Of a stretch of DNA of 64,000 nucleotides, positions 62,811-64,000 are shown piece after piece (the stretch's first letter is position 1; each line of letters opens with the position of its first letter). The notes under the pieces were generated by a model. The model was not told the origin of the DNA and did not search any database. It saw nothing but the letters and a program-made list of their open reading frames with translations. The position numbers were made by a program, and so were the translations under genes. This DNA is from Bdellovibrionales bacterium (GTDB taxonomy: Bacteria > Bdellovibrionota > Bdellovibrionia > Bdellovibrionales > JAGQZY01): NCBI GenBank assembly GCA_964230555.1, contig CAXRIX010000078.1, positions 10 through 64,009 on the forward strand, read 5' to 3'.

Positions 62811-64000
62811 GGGCTTGTCCTTTAACTTTAGAATAACCTTCTCGGATGAAGAACTGAAACTCGTCTCGAAACTTTGGCACAATTCCCAAAACGGGAAGAG
62901 CCGCGGCGTCAGACAACGCGCAGATGGTTCGGCCTTTCATTTTATTGGCCACTTCACATAACAAATCGATATCAGTCTCTTGTGCTGTGCCCTCGACGAC
63001 ACTGCCAACCAATTTGTGAAGCCATCCCGTACCCTCACGGCAAGGTGTGCACTGTCCACAGGATTCATGGTGATAAAAATGTGAAATCACTTTTAACATG
63101 TCCACCATGCACCGTTTGTCGTTCATAATAACAATGGAACCTGAACCAAGCATAGTTCCCATCTCGGCCAGACATTCATAATCAAGAGTCGCTTTTTGAA
63201 TTTCTTCAGCGGTAATTATAGGCGCCGATGTTCCACCCGGAATCGCGGCCTTAAGCTCGCCGCCTTTCATGCCACCACACTCATTGTTGATAAGGTCCAT
63301 CAACGGATAGCCCAAAGGAACTTCGTAGTTTCCTGGTTTGTTGACATCACCGGCCACAGAGAAAAGTTTGGTACCAGCCGATTTCTCGGTGCCATGTTTT
63401 TTATAGGCCTCGGCCCCATCGCGAATAATGTATTTAACGGCTGCCAGAGTTTCAACGTTGTTGACGATCGTTGGTTTTTTTAAATAACCCTGCACCGCCG
63501 GAAACGGAGGTTTTAATTTGGGTTGACCTTTTTTGCCCTCAAGTGAAGAGATCATACCCGTCTCTTCACCACAAATGTAAGCACCCGCTCCTAAGTAAAT
63601 ATCCATGTCGTGATCAAAACCACTGCCCATGATGTTTTTTCCTAATAGGCCAGCGTCATAGGCCTCTTTGATGGCCTTTTCCACAACCTTCGCGGCATAG
63701 ACATACTCACCGCGAATATAAATGTAACTTTTTGGTGAAGAGATCGCGAAGGCGGAAATAATCATGCCCTCTATCAATTGGTGTGGCGCTCTTTCCATCA
63801 TCATACGATCTTTAAACGTACAAGGCTCACCTTCATCAGCATTACAAAGAAGATAACGAGTCTCACCGTTATTTGGCAAAAACCCCCACTTCACACCGGT
63901 AGGAAATCCGGCCCCACCACGGCCACGCAACCCCGAAGCTTTCACTTCAGCGATGATGTCTTCAGGTTTCATCTTAAAAGCTTTTTCAAGCTCGACGTAA
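62803..64000 (-). CDS. nuoF: NADH-quinone oxidoreductase subunit F (5' end beyond the window edge)
   Basis: GLRGRGGAGFPTGVKW, CNADEGEPCTFKDR and ESCGQCTPCREG. The frame stays open upstream of M at 63972 (...YVELEKAFK-M), so the gene is partial here. Confidence 0.93.
   Translation of the reverse strand, partial: YVELEKAFKMKPEDIIAEVKASGLRGRGGAGFPTGVKWGFLPNNGETRYLLCNADEGEPCTFKDRMMMERAPHQLIEGMIISAFAISSPKSYIYIRGEYVYAAKVVEKAIKEAYDAGLLGKNIMGSGFDHDMDIYLGAGAYICGEETGMISSLEGKKGQPKLKPPFPAVQGYLKKPTIVNNVETLAAVKYIIRDGAEAYKKHGTEKSAGTKLFSVAGDVNKPGNYEVPLGYPLMDLINNECGGMKGGELKAAIPGGTSAPIITAEEIQKATLDYECLAEMGTMLGSGSIVIMNDKRCMVDMLKVISHFYHHESCGQCTPCREGTGWLHKLVGSVVEGTAQETDIDLLCEVANKMKGRTICALSDAAALPVLGIVPKFRDEFQFFIREGYSKVKGQAHA

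Noticed and set aside
1-64000. CRISPR arrays, rRNA genes, IS elements or transposases, prophage structural genes, toxin-antitoxin or restriction-modification genes
   Set aside because: I scanned by eye for regular direct repeats, rRNA signatures, terminal inverted repeats and diagnostic protein motifs and found none. The only phage-like elements are the tail-fibre-type repeats and the S74 domain inside the fibre genes.

Overview
The window reads as chromosomal DNA from a Bdellovibrio-like predatory bacterium. That placement is an inference from gene content, meaning a short flagellin, many secreted hydrolases and tail-fibre-like adhesins; no search was possible. The left 17 kb is the conserved translation/transcription superoperon on the minus strand: a tRNA-Thr/Tyr/Gly/Thr cluster, tuf, tRNA-Trp, secE, nusG, rplK, rplA, rplJ, rplL and rpoB, followed by rlmB and proS. 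Two things are odd there. A block of four unrelated genes of about 4.7 kb sits between nusG and rplK, and rplL carries an in-frame TAG in its conserved N-terminus. From 17.1 to 24.7 kb lies the most unusual region: two tandem, mosaic, repeat-built tail-fibre-like secreted proteins of 862 and 1273 aa, plus a convergent L,D-transpeptidase. The two fibre genes and the g-type lysozyme gene in the inserted block share a sigma-28-like promoter whose -10 element lies exactly 7 nt before the start codon. The rest of the window holds coaD, a Lon-N-domain protein, a ribE-ribBA-ribH operon fused to an NtrY/NtrX-like two-component pair, clpB, hydrolases and flagellin. It also holds an extremely charge-segregated protein (poly-Lys N-half, poly-Asp/Glu C-half), several secreted HExxH proteases and lipoproteins, a sensor-less sigma-54 activator and a Xer recombinase. 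Further right are gmhB, a FecR-domain protein next to a TPR plus beta-barrel outer-membrane protein, recO, mgtE, ugd-uxs and a nuoF-nuoG-nuoI fragment without nuoH. I saw no rRNA, CRISPR array, IS element or prophage. All functional calls rest on motif recognition by eye, and start codons are best guesses.
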